Part shown: in pieces, positions 1-8,929 of the stretch
Position numbering within the stretch: the first letter of the stretch is position 1
Layout of the letters: each line of letters opens with the position of its first letter
Source of the DNA: Hyphomonas sp.
GTDB lineage: Bacteria > Pseudomonadota > Alphaproteobacteria > Caulobacterales > Hyphomonadaceae
DNA: 64,000 nt
NCBI GenBank assembly: GCA_017792365.1
Contig: CP051229.1
Location: forward strand, 3,097,725-3,161,724
Reading direction: 5' to 3'
Program-made: the position numbers and the translations under genes
The notes under the pieces: model-generated
Database searches by the model: none
Told to the model about the DNA's origin: nothing
What the model saw: only the letters and a program-made list of their open reading frames with translations

Positions 1-913
1 CGTCACGCTGCCGCAATGACTGCTCGGCGGTCCATGTTGTGGTGTAGGTTGCGGGGTCGTCGACGGTGAAGGAATAGAAGATCTCGTCCTCGCCGACCCG
101 GGACAGCCGCTCGGTGACGCGTCCGCTGGCGCTGAGATAGATCGGGCCGGTGCGGGCCTGTTGCGGTTCGACATTCACCGTTTCGATCACCAGCGTGTCG
201 CCCTCCCACCACGCAACGCTGTCGCCGAGCCACGGCTTGATGGTGACGGGGTTGTGCTGCGCCTCGGCGCGGCTGTCGAAGATCGGGATGATGCGGGCGT
301 CGTGGACCATCTCGACGAGGATCATCAGGTGGTCGTCGGTCTGCACGATCTGGTAGTTGTTGTTGTAGATCGTGTTGAGCATGCCCGGCCCGCCGGCGCC
401 GGTGAAGCCGATGAGGCAGCGTTCCGCGATCGGGAGGTTCTCCGGCCCATCGTAAAGCCGCGCCCGGCGCATGTTGCGGTGCTCGCGGATGTCTTCGCGC
501 GCTTCGTCGCGCATGGGCAGCTGGCCGTCGGCGGGATCGGTGATCCACGACGTGCGGAACTCGCCCTTCACGACGCCGAGCGACTGGCCGGGATCGATCC
601 AGAACGTGTTGTAGCCGCGGTCGTTGTTGCCGTCGTCGAGGAGACCGTCCTCGAAGTCAGACGGGCCGGCTTCGGACTGGGCGAGGCGGATCCAGGGATT
701 GTTCCTGACCAGCTCGGTGGCCTGCGCTTCGTCGACGACAAGCGCCTCAACGCCCGGCGGACGCGTCAGGTTGGTGAGCGATGCATTGGACCAGACGCCC
801 TGCAGGTCCGGCTTGCCGGATGCGGTGCGCGGAGCTCCGTAGGACGACTGGGCTGTGGCGCTGAGCGCGGCGGCGGCCGCGGCGAGTGCGAGAATGGACG
901 CCCGTGCAAACAT
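1..913 (-). CDS. secreted hypothetical protein, 3' end beyond the left window edge
   Basis: Own minus-strand translation; the frame is absent from the ORF track because it has no stop inside the window. ATG at 913-911 is preceded by GGAGG. N-terminus MFARASILALAAAAAALSATAQS is signal-peptide-like, followed by non-repetitive protein-like sequence through ...DDPATYTTTWTAEQSLRQRD at position 2. Confidence 0.6.
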   Translation of the reverse strand, partial: MFARASILALAAAAAALSATAQSSYGAPRTASGKPDLQGVWSNASLTNLTRPPGVEALVVDEAQATELVRNNPWIRLAQSEAGPSDFEDGLLDDGNNDRGYNTFWIDPGQSLGVVKGEFRTSWITDPADGQLPMRDEAREDIREHRNMRRARLYDGPENLPIAERCLIGFTGAGGPGMLNTIYNNNYQIVQTDDHLMILVEMVHDARIIPIFDSRAEAQHNPVTIKPWLGDSVAWWEGDTLVIETVNVEPQQARTGPIYLSASGRVTERLSRVGEDEIFYSFTVDDPATYTTTWTAEQSLRQRD

Positions 914-1032
914 GGTGCTGATGCCTCCCCAACGATGCCGGCAGTCGAGCCTGCTCTGGCGAGGATGCTCGCACAGCTCCGCGACCGCATCCAAGGGCGG
1001 CGACGCGATGAAGTCATACGTTGACGAGGATG

Positions 1033-1401
1033 TTACTCCGCCCAGACCGCGAGTTCGTTTCCGTTCGGGTCGGTGAAGTGGAAGCGCTTGCCGCCGGGGA
1101 AATCGTAGATCGGCTTGATGATCGCGCCGCCCGCCTGTTCGACTGCTGCGAGGGTGGCGGGCAGGTCGTTCGAGAACAGGACGACGAGCGCGCCGTGGGC
1201 GACGGCTGGCTGCGCCTCTTCAAATCCGTTGAAGCCGCCATCGATGCCGGCTTCTCCGGCGGAGAACGCCATGTATTGCGGGCCGTAATCCTGGAAGCTC
1301 CAGCCGAAGACATCGCCGTAGAATGTCTTCGTGGCGGCCGCATCGGTCATCGGCAGTTCGATATAGTTGATCGTGTGGTGCTTCGGTTTGGCGGATGTCA
1401 T
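1033..1401 (-). CDS. VOC / glyoxalase-family protein (122 aa)
   Basis: C-terminal part of track ORF 1033..1770. The credible protein begins MTSAKPKHHTINYIELPMTDAAATKTFYGDVFGW...; the upstream part of that ORF is Ala/Ser/Pro-rich nonsense. Confidence 0.8.
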   Translation of the reverse strand: MTSAKPKHHTINYIELPMTDAAATKTFYGDVFGWSFQDYGPQYMAFSAGEAGIDGGFNGFEEAQPAVAHGALVVLFSNDLPATLAAVEQAGGAIIKPIYDFPGGKRFHFTDPNGNELAVWAE

Positions 1402-1411
1402 CGGACCGATC

Positions 1412-2167
1412 CTATTTTGCGGCGACGGCGACCTGAGCGGCGGGACGCTGGTGCGGGACCATGTATTCGGCGGCGCAGCGCCGGCCCTCTTCTTCGACGT
1501 AGGCGTCCCAGCGCTTGCGCAGGATGGCGGGGCGCTCGGGATACTTCTCGTCCAGCACCTCTGCGACCTGCATGCGGTCGGCGCGGAAGGAGCGGAAGGC
1601 GCCGCGCAGTTCGCACCATGCGCCCAGCATGCGCTTGGTCTCCATGTAGCCGAGTACGACCGGCCAGACGATGCGATGGGTGACGGCGCCTTCGCCATCC
1701 TCGTATTCGAGGCGGACGCGCCGGCCGCTGCGGATGGCGTTACGCAGGTCAGCGAGGGAGACGGTGACATCGAAGGTTTCCCACAGCGGCGTGACGCTGG
1801 TGGAGGGCTGTTCGATATAGGGCTGGAGGTGCTCGGGCACCGTGGTCTCGATCTTGGCGAGGAGCGAGCGGGCGGCCTTCTGCAGTTCGGGATCGCCGCG
1901 CGACATCACCCAGTGGGCGCCAAGGACGGCGGCCTCGATCTCTTCGGTTGTCAGCATCAGGGGCGGCATGTCGAAGCCGCGATCGAGGACATATCCGACC
2001 CCGGCCTCGCCGCGGATCGGCACGCGCTGGGCCATCAGGGCGGCGATGTCGCGATAGACGGAGCGCTTGGAGGTCTCGAGCTCCATCGCCATTGCGTCGG
2101 CGGTGATCGGCGCGCGCGACCGCCGCAGAATCTGGATGATCTCGAAGAGGCGGTCGGCTCTGCGCAT
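1412..2167 (-). CDS. YafY-family (HTH + WYL-type) transcriptional regulator
   Basis: Track ORF 1412..2197. MRRADRLFEIIQILRRSRAPITADAMAMELETSKRSVYRDIAAL is a typical YafY N-terminal HTH. Start moved to ATG 2167. Confidence 0.85.
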   Translation of the reverse strand: MRRADRLFEIIQILRRSRAPITADAMAMELETSKRSVYRDIAALMAQRVPIRGEAGVGYVLDRGFDMPPLMLTTEEIEAAVLGAHWVMSRGDPELQKAARSLLAKIETTVPEHLQPYIEQPSTSVTPLWETFDVTVSLADLRNAIRSGRRVRLEYEDGEGAVTHRIVWPVVLGYMETKRMLGAWCELRGAFRSFRADRMQVAEVLDEKYPERPAILRKRWDAYVEEEGRRCAAEYMVPHQRPAAQVAVAAK

Positions 2168-2183
2168 GTTGTCTGTCCCCTGT

Positions 2184-2230
2184 CTGCTGACAAACATAGG
2201 TCAACCCTGCTGACAGCATAGTGTCAGCAG
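2184..2230. promoter_or_regulatory. putative operator: CTGCTGACA direct repeat plus perfect 9-bp inverted repeat (CTGCTGACA-N6-TGTCAGCAG)
   Basis: CTGCTGACA at 2184-2192 and 2207-2215; reverse complement TGTCAGCAG at 2222-2230. Lies in the divergent intergenic region between the YafY-family regulator and the ECF sigma gene. Confidence 0.4.
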
Positions 2231-2326
2231 CCCGCCTGGCCGAGGGATTTGGCGAAAAAATTCTGGCTGAAGCGAACCATTCCTGGCCCGCGAGCGACAT
2301 ACTGGCGGAACGAGGGTGCTGGACGG

Positions 2327-2878
2327 ATGACCCGTGAAGTCAGGCGTATTTACGACGAGTTGCTCGTGCTGCACGCGCGCGCCGGCGATCGGGCGGCGCT
2401 GGAACGGCTCGCAGCCTACTGGCGGCCCCGCCACTTTGCGCATGCGCGGCGATTGTTGTGGCGGGAGGAAGACGCGGCCGACGCGGTGCAGGAAGCCTGG
2501 GTCAGCATCATCCGGTCGGTGGGGCGGCTGAGCGATCCGGCGCGGTTCGGGTCATGGTCGTACGCGATCGTGACCCGGCGCTGCCAGGATCGCATGCGCG
2601 CGGCTGCGCGGGAACCGAAGGGCGGGGAGTGGACGGAAACGCCGGACCCCAACGGCGCCGACCATGACGCCGATGAGGACATGCGCCGGGCGATGCGCAG
2701 CCTTGCGCCGGACCAGCGGGCGGCGATCGCCCTCTATTACCGCGAGGGGTTCAGCGTGGCCGAGATTGCCGACGCGCTGTGTGTGCCCCCCGGCACGGTG
2801 AAGTCGCGCCTGTTCAGCGCGCGCGGGACACTACGCAAGTTCTTCAAGCAGGGAGATGACGATGACGAAACTGGATGA
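2327..2878 (+). CDS. ECF-type RNA polymerase sigma-70 family factor
   Basis: Track ORF 2249..2878. Region 2 (DAADAVQEAWVSIIRSVGRL) and region 4 (LAPDQRAAIALYYREGFSVAEIADALCVPPGTVKSRL) motifs. Start set to ATG 2327. Confidence 0.85.
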   Translation: MTREVRRIYDELLVLHARAGDRAALERLAAYWRPRHFAHARRLLWREEDAADAVQEAWVSIIRSVGRLSDPARFGSWSYAIVTRRCQDRMRAAAREPKGGEWTETPDPNGADHDADEDMRRAMRSLAPDQRAAIALYYREGFSVAEIADALCVPPGTVKSRLFSARGTLRKFFKQGDDDDETG

Positions 2879-3245
2879 GGCGATCAATGAGACGCTGTCC
2901 AAGGAAGACGCCGAATTCCTGGCGCGGTTCGACGCCGAGCCGGCGTTCAGCCAGCAGATGTTCGGCGTCCTGCGCGGGCCGATGGCATGGGTCTACTGGC
3001 TGTTCCTGATCTTTGCCGTGCCGCTTGGCGTTCTGGGGGTCTATGGAGGGTGGAAGTTTGCCGTCGAATCCGACCTGACGACCATGATCCGCTGGGGCGG
3101 GGTGACGCTGTTTTGCCTGCTGGTGCTGATCACGGTCCGGATCGTGTTCTTCCTGCAGATCAACACCAACCAGATCCTGCGGGAGCTGAAGCGGGTGGAG
3201 TTGCAGGTAGCACGGGCGCAGGCGCGCGGCGGCGACGTGGTCTGA
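2862..3245 (+). CDS. putative membrane-anchored anti-sigma factor / hypothetical membrane protein
   Basis: Track ORF 2856..3245 overlaps the 3' end of the sigma gene. Two hydrophobic helices (WVYWLFLIFAVPLGVLGVYGG, VTLFCLLVLITVRIVFFL). ATG 2862 has AGGGAG 6 nt upstream. Confidence 0.55.
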   Translation: MTKLDEAINETLSKEDAEFLARFDAEPAFSQQMFGVLRGPMAWVYWLFLIFAVPLGVLGVYGGWKFAVESDLTTMIRWGGVTLFCLLVLITVRIVFFLQINTNQILRELKRVELQVARAQARGGDVV

Positions 3246-3355
3246 CCGGATCGGGCTGAAACCGGACGGACAAAAAAAATCGCCCGCGCGCAGGGAACCA
3301 AATGGGATACAGTGCGTTTGTACCCCCGGCTCTGGTGTGGGATTTCGGACGGTAA

Positions 3356-5812
3356 ATGGCAGCGCGCCGCGACGTTAGGAAGACGCAAGCGGAGCGATTG
3401 CCGCGGGGACGGCCTGTTGCGGCGCTAGTTCTCGCCGCCCTTCTTCCCGTCGTCATTTTCGTCGTATTTCTGGCGGTCTTCATCTCCAGGCAGGAACGAG
3501 CCGAAACCGAACAATTCGCAGCCGACCGCGCGCGCGAGATCATGAACCGGGTCGAGACGGAAATCTCTTCCGACATCCGCGCCATGCTGGCGCTTGCGCA
3601 GGCGACCCGCGATACGCCGATCGTCGAAGGCGCGCAGGGCCGGTCGAGCACGAGCGAGGCCCTGTTTCCGCAATGGCTTGGCGCCGCATTCTGGACCCTC
3701 GAGACGCGAACGCCCGTCTACAGCACGTTCGACTCAAGGGAGCTCGAACCCGCGCCGCAGGAATGGGTCGATCTTGTCGGCGAGACGGACGACCCCGTCG
3801 TCGGCGGGATCGAGAAAGTCTATGGCGAGCACGCAGCGCTGATCCACCTGCAGGTGCCACAGGATGAGCGCGGACTGGTGCTGACGCTGGGCCTTCGCCC
3901 GCAGGTCTTCCAGAACATCATGATGTCGGAACTGCCCGAGGGCGCGATCGGCGCGATCGTGGACCGCAAGGGCAATTTTCTCGCACGCTCGCTTGATTAC
4001 GAGCAACGCATCGGCACGCCGGCCACCGAATTCGTACGCGGCGCAGTCGCGAAGGGCGGCGCAGGGCTCTACCGCGGCCGCACCTATGAGGGCTTCGAGA
4101 ACCTCACGGCCTATTACACATCGCCGCTGACCGGCTGGTCGACGCATATTGCGATTTCCGATGCGCTGGTGGACCGCCCCAGCTCGCTCGCCACCCTGAT
4201 CGGGCTTGCGGGCGGCATCACCTGCCTTGTGCTGGCGGGCGGTCTTTTCTTCCTGGTGGCGCAGGACAACAGTCGCCGGACCCAGTCGGAACTGGCGCTG
4301 CGCAACATGCAGCGGATGGAATCGATCGCGTCTCTGACAGGCGGCGTCGCCCACGACTTCAACAATCTGCTGACGGTGATCATTGGCAATCTGCAGAAGC
4401 TGTCGCGGTCGGGAACGGAAATGTCTTCCGCGGAAGTGAAGGCCGCGATCGAGGGCGCCCTGTCATCCTCGCGCCGCGCCGCCAACCTGACGCGGTCGCT
4501 GCTGGCGTTTTCGCGGCAGCAGGCGCTGGAGCCGCATGTCATCGACGTGAATGCGTTCGTCGGCGATGCGGCGGACCTTGTGGGGCGGACGATCGGCGAA
4601 GGCTACAAGGTGAGCGCGGATACAGATCCGGCGGCCGGACGGGTAAGGGTCGACGAGAGCCAGCTCGGCTCGGCCCTGCTCAATCTGGCGGTGAACGCCC
4701 GCGACGCCATGCCGGGCGGCGGGTCGATTACATTTCGTTCCGAGCGTGCGGTTCTGGACCGGGCGGCGGCGACGGCTCTCGAGTTGTCGCCGGGCGCCTA
4801 TGCGAAGATCAGCGTGGCCGACAACGGTCCGGGCATGCCCGCCGAAGTCGCGGAGAAGGCGTTCGATCCGTTCTTCACGACCAAGGACGTCGGCAAGGGA
4901 ACCGGGCTTGGCCTGTCGCAGGTCGAAGGCTTCATCCGCCAGTCCGGCGGCGCGGTGGAGCTGGTGAACCGGCCGGGCGAGGGCGTGACCATCAACCTCT
5001 ACCTGCCGACGACGGATGCGACGCTGACCGTGACGGCGGCTTCGGGGTCGGCGGCCGCGGAACGCTCGGTGAAACCGCTGCGCGTGCTCGTCGTCGAGGA
5101 TGAGCCGATCATTCTGGCGTTTGCGACGGAGATGCTGGAGCACCTTGGCCACAAGGTCGTCGCCTGCGCCAATGCCGACGAGGCGCTGACGCACCTGCAG
5201 GCGGCCGAATTCGATCTTCTGTTCTCGGACGTCGTTCTGCCCGGCGGGACCAGCGGCGCGGACCTCGCCCGCACCTCGCAGAAGCGCTGGCCGATGATGA
5301 AGGCGCTGCTGGCGACCGGGTACGCCCGCGACCAGCTGAATGCGGACCAGGACGGGCTGACGGTCATGACCAAGCCCTATGACCGCGATCAGGTCGTGGA
5401 GAAACTGGCCGAACTGTTCGGCGAGGCGCCTGCAACGAAGATCGCCGGCAAGGTGCTGATCGTCGAGGACGAGCCGCTGATCCGGATGATGGCCGTCGAT
5501 GCACTGGAGGATGCGGACATCGAAGTAGCCGAGGCGGCGACAGGCGCGGAGGCGCTGGATCAACTGGCCGTCGATCCGACCGGCTTCGCCGCTGCGATTG
5601 TCGATCTTGGCCTGCCGGACGTGGCGGGCGACGAGCTTGTCGAGAAGATCGGCCAACTCTACCCGGACCTGCCGTTGCTGGTGGCGTCCGGCTCGCGGCC
5701 CGACGGCCTGCAGTCCGAAGGGCGCGCCGAACGCGCTTTCCTGCCCAAGCCCTATGCGCCGGAAGCCCTGACGGCGGCGCTGGACGCGCTTCTGGCCGGA
5801 AAGACCGCCTGA
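3356..5812 (+). CDS. hybrid sensor histidine kinase with two C-terminal receiver domains
   Basis: 818 aa. TM, extracytoplasmic-type sensor, TM; H-box GGVAHDFNNLLTVI; ATPase boxes (NLAVNARDAM, DNGPGM, GTGLGLS); then two REC domains (VLVVEDEP..., VLIVEDEPL...). Confidence 0.9.
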   Translation: MAARRDVRKTQAERLPRGRPVAALVLAALLPVVIFVVFLAVFISRQERAETEQFAADRAREIMNRVETEISSDIRAMLALAQATRDTPIVEGAQGRSSTSEALFPQWLGAAFWTLETRTPVYSTFDSRELEPAPQEWVDLVGETDDPVVGGIEKVYGEHAALIHLQVPQDERGLVLTLGLRPQVFQNIMMSELPEGAIGAIVDRKGNFLARSLDYEQRIGTPATEFVRGAVAKGGAGLYRGRTYEGFENLTAYYTSPLTGWSTHIAISDALVDRPSSLATLIGLAGGITCLVLAGGLFFLVAQDNSRRTQSELALRNMQRMESIASLTGGVAHDFNNLLTVIIGNLQKLSRSGTEMSSAEVKAAIEGALSSSRRAANLTRSLLAFSRQQALEPHVIDVNAFVGDAADLVGRTIGEGYKVSADTDPAAGRVRVDESQLGSALLNLAVNARDAMPGGGSITFRSERAVLDRAAATALELSPGAYAKISVADNGPGMPAEVAEKAFDPFFTTKDVGKGTGLGLSQVEGFIRQSGGAVELVNRPGEGVTINLYLPTTDATLTVTAASGSAAAERSVKPLRVLVVEDEPIILAFATEMLEHLGHKVVACANADEALTHLQAAEFDLLFSDVVLPGGTSGADLARTSQKRWPMMKALLATGYARDQLNADQDGLTVMTKPYDRDQVVEKLAELFGEAPATKIAGKVLIVEDEPLIRMMAVDALEDADIEVAEAATGAEALDQLAVDPTGFAAAIVDLGLPDVAGDELVEKIGQLYPDLPLLVASGSRPDGLQSEGRAERAFLPKPYAPEALTAALDALLAGKTA

Positions 5813-5905
5813 CGCGCATACCAGTCGTGAGAAAATCGCCGGCGTTGGTGACACACAGCTGTCAGCAGGCTTGCGCCATAACCGGCGAAACGCTGGAGAC
5901 ACATC

Positions 5906-6220
5906 ATGGACATACTGGCCGCCGCCGCCGCGATCGTTCTGATCATCGAATTTGGAGTCGTCGAGGAGAAGCGTGATGCGTTCGTCGCGATATCGACCGA
6001 GCGCATCGAGGAGATCCGCGCATTCGACGGCAACCAGTCGTTCGACGTGCTGGTGGATGAGGCGCGGCCGGGCGTGGTCGTCTACGTCGAGAAGTGGGAC
6101 GACGCCGAGAAGCAGGCCGCCTTCTATGACTGGTGGGTGGCCGAGGGCATGACCGAACGCTTAAGCCCGCTCGTGACGGCGGCGCCGAAAATCTCGCGGT
6201 TTGAAGTGGCGGGCGACTAG
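5906..6220 (+). CDS. small ABM (antibiotic biosynthesis monooxygenase)-like domain protein
   Basis: 104 aa. Size and the ...VVVYVEKWDDAEKQAAFYDWW... pattern fit a ferredoxin-like ABM fold. Family call is tentative. Confidence 0.5.
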   Translation: MDILAAAAAIVLIIEFGVVEEKRDAFVAISTERIEEIRAFDGNQSFDVLVDEARPGVVVYVEKWDDAEKQAAFYDWWVAEGMTERLSPLVTAAPKISRFEVAGD

Positions 6221-6648
6221 CTCGCTGGCTTCCTGAGTACGCCGCTCGCAAAGAGCGGGAGCAGGTAGGCGACGAGAAGGATCGTGTTCGGGACGATATT
6301 GAGCGAGAAGCCTGTCGCGACTGACAGGATCGAGTCGATCACGAACCAGACCAGTACGCCTGCCGTGAGCAGGCGCCACACCGACCGGGCCTGATCCGGC
6401 GGCAGCTTTTCGGCTGCGTTGATCGCGGCGAACAATGTCAGACACCAGCCGAGCGTGACCGGGCCCATGACGGCGAGGCTGAAACGAAGGTGATCGGTCA
6501 TCTCAAGCTGCCGGGGCCCGTCGATCAGATCGAAGATCAGGCGGGTCGGCGCATCAGTCGGAGGATAGGCGCCGAGGGTAAGGACGAGCCCGAAGACGCC
6601 GACCGACACACACCACAGGTGGATCCACGTGCGCCAGAATCCGGTCAT
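6217..6648 (-). CDS. hypothetical integral membrane protein (4 predicted TM helices)
   Basis: 143 aa, strongly hydrophobic segments. Stop overlaps the convergent ABM gene stop in the tetranucleotide CTAG (6217-6220). Confidence 0.6.
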   Translation of the reverse strand: MTGFWRTWIHLWCVSVGVFGLVLTLGAYPPTDAPTRLIFDLIDGPRQLEMTDHLRFSLAVMGPVTLGWCLTLFAAINAAEKLPPDQARSVWRLLTAGVLVWFVIDSILSVATGFSLNIVPNTILLVAYLLPLFASGVLRKPAS

Positions 6649-6750
6649 CGCGAATCTCCCCTCTTGTGCTGGTGGAGGGTAGCCCGACTTCGGCTTGCGG
6701 CAATCGTGTCGTAGCGGCAGGTCAGCGGTGTTGGGCCTAGCGCGATTGCG

Positions 6751-7149
6751 CTATTTGGCGGGCGCTGTCGTGCCGATCTTGCGCCGGCCCATCAACCGCA
6801 GCGTGACATTCCTGCCGGTGCGCAGGAAGGGATAGAGCGCGCGCGAGACGCGCGGCGAGGCGAAGACCTTGGCCATCACCGCATTGAAGGGACCTGCACC
6901 CGTGCTCATCAGGGCGAGCCGGTTCATGCAGTCGGCGCCGGAATGGACTTCGCCGTTCATGACCAGCGCCATCTCCTGATCGAAGTCGACGCCCTGCGCG
7001 CGGGCGTAGTCGGCGGCGGGGTGGGGTTCGCGGGCGTTGACCAGGTTGACCTTGCCCACCGCTTCACGCAGCCGGACGAGCTTCACGTATTCGGTGCAGA
7101 ACGGGCATTCGCCGTCATAGACAACGTATATCTGCGACTTATCGAACAC
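6751..7149 (-). CDS. DCC-family (DUF393) thiol-disulfide oxidoreductase
   Basis: N-terminal YDGECPFCTEYV matches the D-x-x-C-x-x-C signature of DCC proteins. Overlaps the upstream gene by 11 nt. Confidence 0.8.
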   Translation of the reverse strand: MFDKSQIYVVYDGECPFCTEYVKLVRLREAVGKVNLVNAREPHPAADYARAQGVDFDQEMALVMNGEVHSGADCMNRLALMSTGAGPFNAVMAKVFASPRVSRALYPFLRTGRNVTLRLMGRRKIGTTAPAK

Positions 7150-8783
7150 TCACATACTCCGTGTGCCGGGCGAGCACTGTCTTGTCGACGCGTCCTGAGG
7201 ACATCCGGTGGCAGACCGATTCAATGACCTGCTGATACCCTACGATGTCCGCCAACGCGAGCTGGTTGAACTCCTCATATAGGAACGGATTGCTCGGATG
7301 GTGATGCACGTGGAAATGATGTGATGGAAAAGCTGGTGACGCCTCGTAGGCGACCATCTTCGTGTGGTGGGCGGTGAGGAAGCGCCGCAGCTTTTCCAGG
7401 CGCACGGCCTTGTCGGCTTCGGTCTCCGGCGGCAGGCGCTCGAGCGTCGACGGGTCGACGCACTGGCCGTCCTTCTGCTGGCGCTCGCGTGAGACGGTGG
7501 AGGCCAGCGGGGTGTGATCGTAATGGCCTTCCAGAGGCGCAGCGCCGATCCAGCCGTGCGACATCGAATAGGAATGGCTGTTGAACCAGGCCGACGGGAC
7601 TTTGACCTCGCGCCCGTCTTCGGTGACGGCCTCGATGTAGACCTGCCGGGCGTCGGCGACATCGTACCAGCCGAGCAGAGCGGCCTTGTTGAGATCGAGC
7701 CACGGGGCGCCAAGGAGGATCGTGACGATGCAGGCGAGCTTGGTGTTCCACGCAAGGCCCTGCTTCGAGCGGCGGGCGGCCCACCACAGCGTCAGGTTGT
7801 TCCAGATCCACGGCCAGAAGAAGAGACCGCCGAGGATGTAGATGCCGATGTGCAGCGCCTCGTACATGAACGAGGCGACCTTCAGCCAGCCGACGCGCAA
7901 CACGCAGACGATCGCGAAGAGCTGCGCCAGCGATGATGATGTTGAGCGGAATGTGGATGAGCTCAAAGCCCTGATAGGCGAGGTCCGACAGCCACGGGAG
8001 ATGGCCGAGCGGGAGAATGCCGCTTTCGATCGTATAGGGGATCTGGTTGTAGGTCTTGTTCTCGAAGGCCCAGTACCACGGGACCGGACCGACGAAGACC
8101 TTCGCAATGCCCGACCAGAAATAGTTTGCGAGATGAAGGCCGAAGACGACGCCGAGCACCTCGTTCTGACGCGCGGTTTCGCCCAGCCACGGGTGAATCT
8201 TCGGGCCCAGCTTGGTGACCGCCATGCCGAGGACAACGAGGTAGAGCGCCATGTCGAGCATGTACTGGATGTCCAGCATCGACTTGGGGACGCCGGAGAT
8301 GATCTCGATCAGGTGGCGGGTGGACAGAAGATAGATCGCCACCGGCAGGATGAAGGACGGGCGAAACCAGCTGGCGATCGACAGGCCGAGCGCGAGGAAG
8401 GCGCCGGCGGAGACATACTGCGCAGCGCGGGCGGCGGTATCGGGATTGGCCAGCGTGAAGTTCGGCCATTCGAGGACAAGCAGGACGGTGAGGCCGACGG
8501 CCGAGGCGCGCATGCAGGCGCCCAGCGTCGCGGTGAATTCATTGTAGCGGGTGCGGCCGAAAACGCCCGCGAGCACGATGGCGCCGGCCAGCGGCAGATA
8601 GAGCTTCATGCTCTGGCCGTCCCAGTAGAAGCGCTGCATCAGGTCATTGCCGACCGCCAGCCCGATCAGGGTGATTGCAGCAAACAGGATGGTGGCGAGC
8701 GCTGCGGTGCGCGTCGTGCTCTGCCTCGGCGTGAGCGGAGGGAGCGCGCCGACGCCAGCGGTCTCAGCGGCAGTGATTTGCAA
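7139..8783 (-). pseudogene. large polytopic membrane protein with His-rich soluble C-terminal domain, interrupted by a frame change near 7925-7945
   Basis: Track ORFs 7275..8822 (credible to ...GFELIHIPLNIII) and 7139..8236 (credible from LAQLFAIVCVLRVGWLK...) join only with a +/-1 shift in atcatcatcgctggc. Probable TTG start at 8783 (GGGGGAG 7 nt upstream); the ORF can extend to 8822. Confidence 0.6.
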
Positions 8784-8929
8784 TTTGGGACTCCCCCTGC
8801 AGGTTGCAGGCGGGATCTGCAATTCGCGTGCAAGGCCTCTATCGCGCGGCGAACCGCACGACAGGGCCTGAATCAGGGTTAATCGCCGTTAGCCTTCAGG
8901 GCCTGAGCAAATGGCGGTGAGCCGCGGTC

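Noticed and set aside
3238-3283. Hairpin gtctgaccgg...ccggacggac followed by an A8 run after the anti-sigma-like gene, considered as a terminator.
   Set aside because: The homopolymer has the wrong polarity. It is an A-tract after the hairpin on the plus strand, and a T-tract before the hairpin on the minus strand. No minus-strand gene reads into it. It is kept only as a compositional oddity.
5860-5868. A single inverted TGTCAGCAG copy upstream of the ABM-like gene, considered as an independent regulatory site.
   Set aside because: A lone 9-mer is close to chance expectation. It is reported only as a satellite of the 2184-2230 motif finding, not as a feature.
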